A stretch of 64,000 nucleotides of DNA from the NCBI GenBank assembly GCA_964359755.1, contig CAYHUB010000001.1, forward strand, positions 39,797-103,796, read 5' to 3'. Every line of letters starts with the position of its first letter. Positions within the stretch are counted from its first letter, which is position 1. Positions 27,719 to 36,841 of this stretch are shown piece by piece. The position numbers and the translations under genes are program-made. The notes beneath the pieces are model-generated. The model saw only the letters and a program-made list of their open reading frames with translations. It was not told the origin of the DNA and searched no databases. This DNA comes from an uncultured Candidatus Saccharibacteria bacterium (GTDB taxonomy: Bacteria > Patescibacteriota > Minisyncoccia > GWC2-36-17 > WO2-46-25).

Positions 27719-28737
27719 AAAATATTGTCACTATTGGAGGAGGAACCGGCAGTTTCGTGTTGCTTTCGGGGCTTAAGCGGCACCCGGTAAATCTCTCCGC
27801 CATTGTCTCGATGGCGGATGACGGAGGTTCAACAGGTGTTTTGCGCGACGAACTTGGCGTATTGCCGCCTGGCGATATCCGCCAGTGTCTGGTGGCTCTT
27901 TCTGATTCTTCCGATGAGATGCGTCAGCTGATGAATTATCGGTTCGAGCGCGGCGCATTAAAAGGACATAGCTTTGGAAATCTTTTGTTAGGTGCGCTTG
28001 AGAAAATAAACGGAGGGTTTTTGGCGGGCTTAAAGGAAGCGGTTAAAATATTGAATGTGAAGGGCGAGGTTATTCCCGTGACAGCTGATGCGGTGAATTT
28101 GATCTTGGATTTGAAAGACGGAAGCACGATTAAAGGAGAGGCGGCGATTAACCGCAGCTCCGTTCTTGAGCGCATTGGCATTAAGCGGCTCTATCTTCGC
28201 CCGCGCGCGCACGCAAACGCCCATGCGATCAAGAAGATCAAAGAAGCTGATATTATCATTATTGGACCCGGTAATTTTTATTGCAGTATTATTCCGAACC
28301 TGCTGGTAGATGGCATCGCCGATGCGATACGAATATCGAAAGCAACGGTTATCTTTAATTGTAATCTCGTAAACAAGAACGGGCATACCGAGCGGTTCAC
28401 ACTGGATGATTATGTCGATGTTATTAACGGATACTTAGGGGGGAATAGGATCGATTTTGTCACCTTCAACGGAAAGAAGCCGGCAAAAATGTTGGTGCAA
28501 AAATACGGCAGGAAGCGCGAATTCCTTGTCCCGTTCACAAAAGAGGATCGGGCTGAGCGTAGTTATAAAGTGATCGTTACTGACTTGCTTTCTGCAGCGT
28601 CGCAGAAATATGCCAAGGCAGATTTGCTTGCGAAATACAGGGCATTCATTCGTCACGATGTTGAAAAATTAGCAAAGATCATTATGTTCATTTCAGAGAT
28701 CGAAGAGAATAAGGATATCATTGAAAAGATCATTTAA
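27715..28737 (+). CDS. YvcK/CofD-like gluconeogenesis-factor family protein (UPF0052)
   Basis: IVTIGGGTGSFVLLSGL...MADDGGSTGVLR signature. Confidence 0.85.
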   Translation: MKNIVTIGGGTGSFVLLSGLKRHPVNLSAIVSMADDGGSTGVLRDELGVLPPGDIRQCLVALSDSSDEMRQLMNYRFERGALKGHSFGNLLLGALEKINGGFLAGLKEAVKILNVKGEVIPVTADAVNLILDLKDGSTIKGEAAINRSSVLERIGIKRLYLRPRAHANAHAIKKIKEADIIIIGPGNFYCSIIPNLLVDGIADAIRISKATVIFNCNLVNKNGHTERFTLDDYVDVINGYLGGNRIDFVTFNGKKPAKMLVQKYGRKREFLVPFTKEDRAERSYKVIVTDLLSAASQKYAKADLLAKYRAFIRHDVEKLAKIIMFISEIEENKDIIEKII

Positions 28738-28743
28738 TGGGGT

Positions 28744-29367
28744 ATGAAGATTTTTATTGATTTTGATGGAGTGATATTTGATGCAAAAAAGTTTAAAAAC
28801 GCGCTCGCGCGCATCTGTGCAAAGAATGGTATGGTAAGAAAAGATTTTTTTCATATCTATGCGCTCGCGAAGGAGAACGGAGAAGTGTATTCGGTTTCGC
28901 ATCATCTTCGCTTGTTGGCAAGGCATGCGAAGAACCGTATACAAAAGAAAACATTGCGCATAGCGATTGATCGCCTCATGAGCGATCTTCGCTCGTATGT
29001 TTTTAAGGACGTATTTCGTTTTTTCGATCGGATGCATAAGCACGATCTTTATTGTGTATCGTTCGGGGATCCCGCGTTTCAGAGGCGAAAGATCGAGGGA
29101 AGCGGCGTAAAGCGATATTTTAAACGCGTTATTGTGACGCGCGGTGATAAAGGAAAAGAGATCGCTGCATTATGCAAAAAGAACAGTACATCTGATGAAC
29201 AGATCGTTTTTGTTGATGACAGTGAAAAGCATATTCGCGAAGTTCGAAGCATTAAAAATGCTGTGATCATTCATTTGTGTAGAGGTAAAAACGTCCCGAG
29301 ATCTCCGAATGCGGATTATCGCGTATCTACACTTGCACAGGCAACTCGTGTTATTCTGTCTTTATGA
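28744..29367 (+). CDS. HAD-superfamily hydrolase-like protein
   Basis: N-terminal FIDFDGVIFD (DxD motif I) and later VFVDDS (motif IV-like). Confidence 0.55.
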   Translation: MKIFIDFDGVIFDAKKFKNALARICAKNGMVRKDFFHIYALAKENGEVYSVSHHLRLLARHAKNRIQKKTLRIAIDRLMSDLRSYVFKDVFRFFDRMHKHDLYCVSFGDPAFQRRKIEGSGVKRYFKRVIVTRGDKGKEIAALCKKNSTSDEQIVFVDDSEKHIREVRSIKNAVIIHLCRGKNVPRSPNADYRVSTLAQATRVILSL

Positions 29368-30740
29368 ACCGGTCTATTTTCAAGGCATACGATGTGCGGG
29401 GGTTATATCCTCACGAGTTTGATGAGGTTGCGGCATATCGCATCGCACGAGCAACGGCGAAGTTTTTGACCCGTTCGACAAGCTCAGGGTCAACCCTGAA
29501 CAAAGTTGAAGGGTTGAGCGCGAAAACAATGCTTATCGCGATGGATAATCGCGATTCATCGTCGTCGCTCAAGGAGGCGGTTATCAGGGGACTCACAGAA
29601 GAGGGCGTGGAAATAATTGATGCTGGTGTCGCCACGACGCCGATGTTTTATTTTGCCGCGTATGATTCTCAGGCAGACGGGGGTATTATGGTGACCGCAT
29701 CGCATAATCCGCCGCAGTATAATGGCCTGAAAATTGTTGGGAAAACCGCGATGCCGATAGGGGAGGCGTCGGGCCTTCCCGCGATACAAGAGATCGCGTG
29801 CGCGGAAGAAACGAAAGCGCAAAAAGCAGATACGGCACCAAACGTGCAAAGCGTTGATTTTCTCGCAAAATACGTTGATTTTCTTACGAACAATGTGCGC
29901 ATGCCAAAGATGCTCATTGCGGTTGACGCCGCATGCGGACCTGCGGGCACGATAGTTTCTGCGGTCGCAGAACGCCTAAAAATAGAGATCATCCCGCTTT
30001 GCTTTGCTCCGTGTGCGGTACGGGCGCATGGCGCCGACCCGTTAAAGGATGAAAATACGCGCGATCTTGCAGAAGCGGTCGTGGCGCAGAATGCGGATAT
30101 GGGTATTGCGCTTGATGGCGATGGCGACAGGGCGTTTTTCTTTGACAACGAAGGAAAACGGGTGCCGTCGCACGCCATCGCTTCGGTCATCGCAAAAGAC
30201 CTTCTTGAGCGTGATGGTGCTAGTATGGTTATTACGGATGTGCGAATGCCAAAAATTCTCCACGAAACCGTCGCGCAAAGCGGCGGCATAATAATGGAGA
30301 GCAGGGTAGGGCATGCGTTTATCAAGAAACTCATGCGCGAGCACAATGCGCTGTTTGGCGCGGAACTTTCCGGGCATTTTTATTTCCGCGATTTTTGGGG
30401 GATGGACTCGGGCATCATGATGATGATGCGCGTGCTTGCGGTGCTTGAAAAAACAGGAAAGTCGATCAAGGAACTTACCCAGCCCTATTGCGTGCGCGCA
30501 CAATCTGGGGAATTGAATTTCACCGTTGCCGATAAGGCATCGGCGATAGCAAAGCTGAAAGCGGCATTTACGGACGGCAAGCAGGAGGAACTCGACGGGC
30601 TGACAATTATGTATCCGACATGGTGGTGCAATGTGCGTCCGTCAAACACCGAGCCGTTCCTGCGCGTGAACATAGAGGCGGATACGCAGGAAGCATTAGA
30701 TGTCGCACGAAGAAAAATAGAATTAATTATCACGCAATAA
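29364..30740 (+). CDS. phosphoglucomutase/phosphomannomutase-family enzyme (PMM/PGM or GlmM-like)
   Basis: TASHNPPQYNGLK phosphoserine loop and metal-binding DGDGDR. Confidence 0.85.
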   Translation: MNRSIFKAYDVRGLYPHEFDEVAAYRIARATAKFLTRSTSSGSTLNKVEGLSAKTMLIAMDNRDSSSSLKEAVIRGLTEEGVEIIDAGVATTPMFYFAAYDSQADGGIMVTASHNPPQYNGLKIVGKTAMPIGEASGLPAIQEIACAEETKAQKADTAPNVQSVDFLAKYVDFLTNNVRMPKMLIAVDAACGPAGTIVSAVAERLKIEIIPLCFAPCAVRAHGADPLKDENTRDLAEAVVAQNADMGIALDGDGDRAFFFDNEGKRVPSHAIASVIAKDLLERDGASMVITDVRMPKILHETVAQSGGIIMESRVGHAFIKKLMREHNALFGAELSGHFYFRDFWGMDSGIMMMMRVLAVLEKTGKSIKELTQPYCVRAQSGELNFTVADKASAIAKLKAAFTDGKQEELDGLTIMYPTWWCNVRPSNTEPFLRVNIEADTQEALDVARRKIELIITQ

Positions 30741-30741
30741 T

Positions 30742-30771
30742 AAAAACCCCGAGAAATCGGGGTTTTTATTA
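30742..30771. terminator. bidirectional rho-independent terminator (aaaaccccga/tcggggtttt)
   Basis: Perfect 10-bp stem followed by a T-run, between convergent PGM and RNase J genes. Confidence 0.85.
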
Positions 30772-30783
30772 TATCTGATCGAA

Positions 30784-32748
30784 TTAAATCTCGATGACGA
30801 CCGGAAGTACCATCGGGTGGCGGTGCGTTTTCTTGTACAGGAACGCGCCGACCTCTTCGCGGATATTGTCTTTGATATACACCCAGTTGATATCTCCTCG
30901 TCCGCGATCTCCCGCACTGCTTTCTACGATGCGCCGCACCAGCTTTCTCACTTCCATCAGCAATTCTTTTGATTCCCGCATATAAATGAAGCCGCGCGAA
31001 ATGATGTCGGGGTTGCCCTTCACTTTGCGTGAGTATGAGTCGAATGTCGCGATAACGACGAACATGCCGTCTTTTGCCATCATTTGGCGGTCTCGTAACA
31101 CGACATCGCCGATATCACCGACGCCGAGTCCGTCTACGAAAACGTATTCTGATGAAGCCCGTTCTTTTGTTTTGTGGCAGACGCCATTGGCGCATTCTAC
31201 GATCTGTCCGTTATCGGCAATGATGATCTGCTCGTCGGTAAACCCCATTGATTTGGCGAGTTTGCCGTGGATGCAGAGGAACGAGTGATTTCCTTCGATC
31301 GGCATCAGGAATCGCGGTTTCACGGTTTCAATAAGCTTACGGAGATCTTCTTGTTTCGCGTGGCCGCCCGCGTGAATATCCATCATGCGGTAATTGATCA
31401 CCTCAACGCCCTCGCGGTACAGTTTATCGACAAGGCGCTGGACGGTGCGTTCGTTGCCCGGAATGACCGATGAGGAAAAGACGAATGTGTCGCCCTTTTC
31501 CGCCTCAATGTGCGGATGCTCGTGGTTGGCGATACGCATGAGTACCGCGCGGTCCTCTCCCTGCGCGCCGGTCGCGAGGATCACGATCTCATTGCGCGGG
31601 TATCGGTTCATTTCTTCTACGGGGATCACGACGCCCTTGGGAACATTGATATAGCCGAGCTCGCGCGCGATATCAATATTGATCTTCATGCTGCGCCCTT
31701 CAATAATGAGTTTCTTTTGATGTTTCGCCGCGATCTGAATGATCTCATTCAGGCGTCCAAGGAGGGATGCAAAGGTGCCGAAAATAAGTCGTCCTTTTGC
31801 GTTTCGCACGATCTCATCAAGCTCTGTGGATACATCAACCTCGCTCAATTGCTTTCCTGTTTCTCGCGCGTTTGTGCTGTCAGACAATAGGATCAGCGGG
31901 TTTTGGTTTCCCCAGCGTTCCAATTTATCAAGCTCCGTGGTGCCCGCGATGCCGGAACGCTCGTCGATCTTAAAGTCGCCGGTGTGAATGACAATACCTT
32001 CCGGCGTATGCACCACGACGCCGACCGCGCCGGGAATGTTGTGACTGACCCCGAAAAATTCGACTTTAAAAATACCAAGATTGATCACGCTGTCTTTCGT
32101 AATCTGATTAAGCTCCAGTTTCGAGGAAACATCTTTATATTCCTCCTGCCGTTTTTTAACAATGGCAATCGTGAGATCGGTGCCAAAGATAGGCGGGTTG
32201 CCGAGTTTCGGGATAAGGTGGGGAACGGCACCGAAGTGGTCGTAGTGTGCGTGCGTGATGATCACCCCGACGATGTTGCGCTCTTTTCCTTTAAGATAAT
32301 CGACATTCGGAATAATATAATCAATTCCAGGCATATCCTCCTCGGGAAATTGGAGACCCATATCAATAATGAGGATGTTGTCCGCATATTCAAGCACCGT
32401 CATATTCCTGCCGACTTCTTCCATGCCGCCGAGTGGTATGATCCGCAGGCAATTTTTTATAGGAAGCGTTTGTCCCGCGATCCGCGGCGTTAAACGAGGC
32501 GTTTGCGCGCGATGCGCCGGCGCTCGGAAAGGATGACGCGAGCGCTCCGGCCGTGCTGAAGTATTTTGAGGTTCTCCGCGAGGCGCGCTCGCGTGATGCG
32601 GGCGCTCTAGCGGATTATGTGGTGTTCCCGGATGATGCGGTCGCGGTGACCGCGGTTCCGCCGGGTGATGTGGTGCCGCCACGTTTCTGTGTGTCGGCTG
32701 TGCGCCGCGGATCCGTTTCCGCGCCGCACCGATATGTTCTTTCGTCAT
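30784..32748 (-). CDS. rnj: ribonuclease J (beta-CASP metallo-beta-lactamase RNase) with an unusual ~85-aa Arg/Pro/His-rich N-terminal extension
   Basis: The canonical domain starts at LRIIPLGGMEEVGRNM. HAHYDH MBL motif present. The ATG at 32748 gives an 85-aa basic, low-complexity extension; the true start is uncertain. Confidence 0.85.
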   Translation of the reverse strand: MTKEHIGAARKRIRGAQPTHRNVAAPHHPAEPRSPRPHHPGTPHNPLERPHHASAPRGEPQNTSARPERSRHPFRAPAHRAQTPRLTPRIAGQTLPIKNCLRIIPLGGMEEVGRNMTVLEYADNILIIDMGLQFPEEDMPGIDYIIPNVDYLKGKERNIVGVIITHAHYDHFGAVPHLIPKLGNPPIFGTDLTIAIVKKRQEEYKDVSSKLELNQITKDSVINLGIFKVEFFGVSHNIPGAVGVVVHTPEGIVIHTGDFKIDERSGIAGTTELDKLERWGNQNPLILLSDSTNARETGKQLSEVDVSTELDEIVRNAKGRLIFGTFASLLGRLNEIIQIAAKHQKKLIIEGRSMKINIDIARELGYINVPKGVVIPVEEMNRYPRNEIVILATGAQGEDRAVLMRIANHEHPHIEAEKGDTFVFSSSVIPGNERTVQRLVDKLYREGVEVINYRMMDIHAGGHAKQEDLRKLIETVKPRFLMPIEGNHSFLCIHGKLAKSMGFTDEQIIIADNGQIVECANGVCHKTKERASSEYVFVDGLGVGDIGDVVLRDRQMMAKDGMFVVIATFDSYSRKVKGNPDIISRGFIYMRESKELLMEVRKLVRRIVESSAGDRGRGDINWVYIKDNIREEVGAFLYKKTHRHPMVLPVVIEI

Positions 32749-32839
32749 GTGAGATGCTGTTCCCTCGCCGTATATAGAAAATACACGAGCGAAGTTTTGT
32801 TAATAATTTATTAGAGTATCACCTGTGGGATCTCCTATG

Positions 32840-32922
32840 TGCTCGGAGGGAGAGTTGAACTCCCATGATCTTGCGATCGCTGGCTCCTGAAGCCAGTGCG
32901 TCTGCCGGTTCCGCCACCCGAG
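32840..32922 (-). tRNA. tRNA-Leu (anticodon CAG), class II with a long variable arm
   Basis: Reverse complement folds into acceptor GCTCGGG/TCCGAGC, anticodon stem CTGGC/GCCAG with loop TTCAGGA, long variable arm, T-arm GGGAG-TTCAACT-CTCCC. CCA is not encoded. Confidence 0.8.
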
Positions 32923-32928
32923 CTATAG

Positions 32929-34608
32929 TTATTGTGTTTTATCTACGCGTCTTGTGGTAATGTACCATGTTTCTATCTCGGTAAACCGCCGAGCGGGTGC
33001 GCTGATATGCGTTGCGGAAATATTTTTCACGTTGTTGCTTACCGCATAGAGATACCGCGGCGAATACAGAAATATCGCAGGAATATCGGCAGTAAGAGTT
33101 TCTTGAAATTTTTTCACACTCTCGATGCGTTCGTCTCCACTGAGTGATTCCCGTATTTTTTCAAGCAGTGCATCGGCGCTCTTATTATCATACAGAGCAA
33201 GATTGAGGCCCGGGTCGCGTTTTTGCGAGGAATGCCAAAACAAATACGGGTCGGGAAGATGGGAGAGCGCCTCGCCAAAAAGCAGTGCCTCATACCGCCG
33301 TTGCTTGATAACTTGCTGTTTGAGCTCGTCTATCGTATAGGTTTCCAGCGTCACTTTTGCTCCTATCTGCTCCCATTGCGTTTTAAGCATTTCCCCGGTC
33401 TGTATAAGATCCGGAAGATCGGATGTAACGAGTGTGATCTCAAACGGCGTCGCTTCTTTGTCATTTCCGACGGTTTTTTCCCGTATCCCGTCGTTGTTTT
33501 TATCCTTCCACCCCGCATCATCAAGGATCGTCTGCGCGGCTTCGATATTGTATTCGTATTTCATTACGTCGGGATTATGTCCGGCAAGCCATGGGAGAAT
33601 GGGCGAAGTAATACTCGTCGCGTTACCACCAAATACTTCGCGCACGATTGCCGCACTGTCAGTCGCCCGCGTAAGCGCCGTGCGCACATTTTTATCCGCT
33701 AGGGCTTTGTTGCGCGTTTGATTGAAAAACACCGCAAAGTATTTCGGCATATTTAATTCGTATATATGCACGCTCCGTCGTTCGAGTTCGCTTTTTTGGC
33801 GCGGCGACACGCCGCCGATACCCATGACATCTTTTCTTTGGTATGCCTTCAATGCTTCATCGGTCGTCCGGTAAAAAAAGAAATCGATAGCGGTGATGAA
33901 GGGGGTTCTGCCGTAGAATCTCGAATGTGCCGTAAGCGAGAAGGATGCGATGCTTCCATATTTATCTTTGGTAAATTTCGAGAAACGATAAGGCCCGGAG
34001 CCGATCGGCATTACATTCGCTTCCGCGAGATTAATGTTTTTCGGATTGATATTTTCCCAAACATGTTTTGGAAGTATCCCGATCGTCATGCGTTCGAGAA
34101 ATTGAGAATACGGGTGGGGGAGTATCAGTTTGATGGCTTGATCGTCTATCTTTTCCGCCTTGATACCCTGGAGGCTTGCGCGTTGCGGACTGCCGTAATC
34201 AGAATCAAGGATCGCTGAGAAGGTAAACAGCACATCATCAATGGTCACTTTTTCTCCGTTGTGCCATTCTGCGTCATTACGGAGAAAGAACGTGTATTCT
34301 TTGCCGTCTGGGGACACCTCGTAGCGCTCGGCAAGATCGGGAATAATATTTCCTTGCGCGTCGTATTTCATCAGTCCGGAATAAACCAAAGCGGCAATAT
34401 CCCTGTCGACATCGTTGATGCCTAAAAGGATAGGATTGATGAATTGCGGTTCTCCGACCAATGCTTCGCTGTAGATGCCTCCCGGTGCGGGAATCGCGTC
34501 TGTTCGCTCGATATACGCCATCCACATCCATGCAACGCCGAATGCAAGCGTGCATACGAGCAGCCCGATCATGCTATATCGTTCTTTTACGGTAAGCGCG
34601 CGCGGCAA
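32929..34608 (-). CDS. ABC transporter substrate-binding protein, family 5 (OppA/DppA-like peptide/nickel binding)
   Basis: 559 aa, N-terminal TM/signal anchor, overall SBP_bac_5-like pattern. Confidence 0.7.
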   Translation of the reverse strand: MPRALTVKERYSMIGLLVCTLAFGVAWMWMAYIERTDAIPAPGGIYSEALVGEPQFINPILLGINDVDRDIAALVYSGLMKYDAQGNIIPDLAERYEVSPDGKEYTFFLRNDAEWHNGEKVTIDDVLFTFSAILDSDYGSPQRASLQGIKAEKIDDQAIKLILPHPYSQFLERMTIGILPKHVWENINPKNINLAEANVMPIGSGPYRFSKFTKDKYGSIASFSLTAHSRFYGRTPFITAIDFFFYRTTDEALKAYQRKDVMGIGGVSPRQKSELERRSVHIYELNMPKYFAVFFNQTRNKALADKNVRTALTRATDSAAIVREVFGGNATSITSPILPWLAGHNPDVMKYEYNIEAAQTILDDAGWKDKNNDGIREKTVGNDKEATPFEITLVTSDLPDLIQTGEMLKTQWEQIGAKVTLETYTIDELKQQVIKQRRYEALLFGEALSHLPDPYLFWHSSQKRDPGLNLALYDNKSADALLEKIRESLSGDERIESVKKFQETLTADIPAIFLYSPRYLYAVSNNVKNISATHISAPARRFTEIETWYITTRRVDKTQ

Positions 34609-34695
34609 TTCCCGCCACTGTGGCCATGATGGCCATCTGAAATTTTGAGGTCTTGTATCGATCTCAGTTCAAGTTAAAAATTCTGCGGCTACGAT

Positions 34696-34938
34696 TTAGA
34701 GTAGTAGCCGTATAAATGCGGAACCGATAAATAAAATAGAAAGCACAATGGTCGCGTAGAAGATCGTTTTTTCCATACCGCGTTTTGTGTGATACGCGCC
34801 GCTGCCGTCTCCTCCGAATGTTCCGGAAAGCCCTGCGCCGCGCTGCTGTAAAAGCACGCCGGCAGTAAACAACACCGAAACCACTATCATCGCCACATTA
34901 AGCCACATAGAAATATGATAAATTAGAAAAAATAACAA
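34696..34938 (-). CDS. secG: preprotein translocase subunit SecG
   Basis: 80 aa, two TM helices with central LLQQRGAGLSGTFGGDGSG...KRGMEK loop characteristic of SecG. Confidence 0.7.
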   Translation of the reverse strand: MLFFLIYHISMWLNVAMIVVSVLFTAGVLLQQRGAGLSGTFGGDGSGAYHTKRGMEKTIFYATIVLSILFIGSAFIRLLL

Positions 34939-34957
34939 TACACAAAAACTACCCTGC

Positions 34958-35299
34958 TTACTTTCGAAACACGATGTGTGTTATGAAATTCACCGCGCTG
35001 ACAAGCAGCGTCGCGAGAAAAAGCGCTCCGACACTTGCAATACTCATGTGCGGGAGGAGAAGGTCGGTGACCCATAGCACCCCCATATTGATGACCACAA
35101 TGAAAAGTCCTAAGGTAAGCAGAATGATCGGCCCCAGTAGTAATTTAAGCAGCGGTTTGAGGAAGAAATTTGCCGCAGAAAATACAAGTCCGACGATGAG
35201 TACGCTCTGCCACCCTCCGCTGATCGTTACCCCCGCGATATAATACGAAGCAAGGAATAACGCCAGTACATTTCCAAAGACAAGGGCGATTAATCTCAT
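34958..35299 (-). CDS. DUF360/YvlD-like membrane protein (phage-holin-4 superfamily)
   Basis: 113 aa, 3-4 TM helices, FLKPLLKLLLGPIILLTLGLFIVV pattern. TATAAT sits 8 nt upstream of the ATG, with no SD. Confidence 0.6.
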   Translation of the reverse strand: MRLIALVFGNVLALFLASYYIAGVTISGGWQSVLIVGLVFSAANFFLKPLLKLLLGPIILLTLGLFIVVINMGVLWVTDLLLPHMSIASVGALFLATLLVSAVNFITHIVFRK

Positions 35300-35351
35300 T
35301 GGGGTCTATTATAGCATAGGGAAATAAAAAAAACAATAGAGAGCAGAGGAA

Positions 35352-35384
35352 TAAAAAATCCCCCGTAGACCATTGTCTACGGGG
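35352..35384 (-). terminator. rho-independent terminator of the 65-aa gene (perfect 10-bp stem ccccgtagac/gtctacgggg)
   Basis: On the minus strand the hairpin is followed by TTTTTTATT. Confidence 0.75.
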
Positions 35385-35437
35385 AGCTGCGTTAGCGAGG
35401 TAATCTTTTTAGGTTTGACGGCATGATTTTCATTCTC

Positions 35438-35635
35438 CTACGATTTTGCAAGAATAAGCGCCAATTTTTCTACGTTTTTTTCCGACAAGGTAAATCCAGA
35501 AATCTCTGTATTAAACCTCCCACGGTCAATCATTTCCTTCATGATAACGAGAACTTCGTGGTCCTTCTCGTTCTCCGCTTCAAACTCAATTAAAAACGAG
35601 CCTGTTATTGGAATACGTACTAGCATTGCCTTCAT
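35438..35635 (-). CDS. small monocistronic protein, 65 aa, unknown function
   Basis: Consensus promoter TTGACA-N17-TATTGT. AAGGAGGT SD 5 nt before the ATG. Own terminator. Confidence 0.7.
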   Translation of the reverse strand: MKAMLVRIPITGSFLIEFEAENEKDHEVLVIMKEMIDRGRFNTEISGFTLSEKNVEKLALILAKS

Positions 35636-35690
35636 GTCATACCTCCTTTTGATTTATTTGTAAAAGTTCTCTGCCTCAATAGTAGCGCGT

Positions 35691-35719
35691 ACAATAGTGT
35701 GTTTTTTGGAAAGTGTCAA
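35691..35719 (-). promoter_or_regulatory. near-consensus sigma70 promoter (TTGACA-N17-TATTGT) for the 65-aa gene
   Basis: -35 at 35714-35719 and -10 at 35691-35696, read on the minus strand. Confidence 0.6.
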
Positions 35720-35787
35720 CTGTTTTTGTGATAAAATAAAACAGAGCGGTGAATTTTTCACCGCTCTGAATGTTGTGTGATTTTACA

Positions 35788-35979
35788 TCACTTTTTCCGC
35801 TTTTTGAAGTTATCTACTCCTTTTTCAAAAGCATCTCTCCTCTCTGCGTTGTTACTATGATCGCCAATCATTTGGCCTCTGTGCTGAAGGTGAAAAAGTC
35901 CCGCACCCTCGCTTTCTTCCTTCGCCCATTTTTGACCAGCTTCATACAAATCTTCTTTTTCTTCACTCTTAATACTCAT
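35788..35979 (-). CDS. small hydrophilic protein, 63 aa (MSIKSEEKEDLYEAGQKWAKEESEGAG...), unknown function
   Basis: AGGAGGTG SD 7 nt upstream of the Met at 35979; the ORF-track start at 36033 is probably too long. Downstream hairpin terminator at 35741-35768 followed by TTTATTTT. Highly charged, no TM. Confidence 0.65.
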   Translation of the reverse strand: MSIKSEEKEDLYEAGQKWAKEESEGAGLFHLQHRGQMIGDHSNNAERRDAFEKGVDNFKKRKK

Positions 35980-36166
35980 TGCAATCACCTCCTTTCTTCG
36001 GAAGAATCGCGCTTGGCAGATTTTAATAAACATCTGCGGCTAGATATGTATAGTACATATCTTAGGGGCTGCATATATGTATATCAGATCTGCTTTATCT
36101 TGTCAAATTTTTAGGTTAATGATTCCACGCTAATAGAGGTAGAGAGCTTTTTTGTACACGATGCAT

Positions 36167-36195
36167 TTTACAAGGAACTAAAAAATTGATAATAT
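36167..36195 (+). promoter_or_regulatory. promoter TTTACA-N17-TAATAT ending 7 nt before the dcd ATG (leaderless-type)
   Basis: -35 at 36167-36172, -10 at 36190-36195, ATG at 36203. Confidence 0.45.
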
Positions 36196-36202
36196 ACGAA
36201 AC

Positions 36203-36775
36203 ATGATTTTATCAGACAGAGACATCAAGTTATACATCAAGGAAGGCGGGCTGGGGTTCAAGCCGAAACTGAGCGAGGATCAGATTGGACCGGCATCGAT
36301 TGACCTGAAGCTCGGAAATATCTTCAAATTATTCCGTCCGGAACGGTATTTGAGTTTGGACGTAAAAAAAGGCATCCCGGTTGAGTACTTGGAAGCAGTT
36401 ACCGTGAAAGACGGGGATCCGTTTATTTTGCATCCGCATATGTTCGTCCTTGCCGCGACAAAGGAGTATGTCACTATCCCCGATGATATTTCAATGAAAG
36501 TGGAGGGAAAAAGTACACTCGGGCGCATGGGGCTTTTGGTGCATACCGCGGGGTTTATTGATCCGGGATTCGAGGGGCATATCACGCTTGAGCTTTCCAA
36601 TCAGGCAAATTTGCCGATCACCATTTACCCGGGGATGTATGTCTGCCAGGTGGATTGCCAAATGATGTCGAGCCCCGCGGAAGTTCCGTACAACAAGAGA
36701 AAGAAATCCATTTATTCGAAGCAAAGAGGTCCTACCGCGCCGAATACAAAAAACTTATTTGAGCATAAAGGATGA
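36203..36775 (+). CDS. dcd: dCTP deaminase
   Basis: MILSDRDIKLYIKEG N-terminus and beta-barrel dUTPase-like fold motifs. 190 aa. Confidence 0.85.
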   Translation: MILSDRDIKLYIKEGGLGFKPKLSEDQIGPASIDLKLGNIFKLFRPERYLSLDVKKGIPVEYLEAVTVKDGDPFILHPHMFVLAATKEYVTIPDDISMKVEGKSTLGRMGLLVHTAGFIDPGFEGHITLELSNQANLPITIYPGMYVCQVDCQMMSSPAEVPYNKRKKSIYSKQRGPTAPNTKNLFEHKG

Positions 36776-36796
36776 TCGTTTACATATTTATACAGT

Positions 36797-36832
36797 AAAA
36801 GCGAGCCGTGTTATGGCTCGCTTTTATTTTTT
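36797..36832. terminator. terminator hairpin (aaaagcgagcc/ggctcgctttt) between convergent dcd and the ThyX-like gene
   Basis: 11-bp stem followed by TATTTTTT. Confidence 0.7.
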
Positions 36833-36841
36833 ATATTTCAG

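Noticed and set aside
29669-30346. 225-aa minus-strand ORF antisense to the PGM/PMM gene
   Set aside because: Antisense shadow ORF.
35770-36114. Plus-strand 114-aa ORF overlapping the 63-aa minus-strand gene
   Set aside because: The translation is hydrophobic and low-complexity with no start context. The minus-strand ORF has a strong SD, promoter and terminator.
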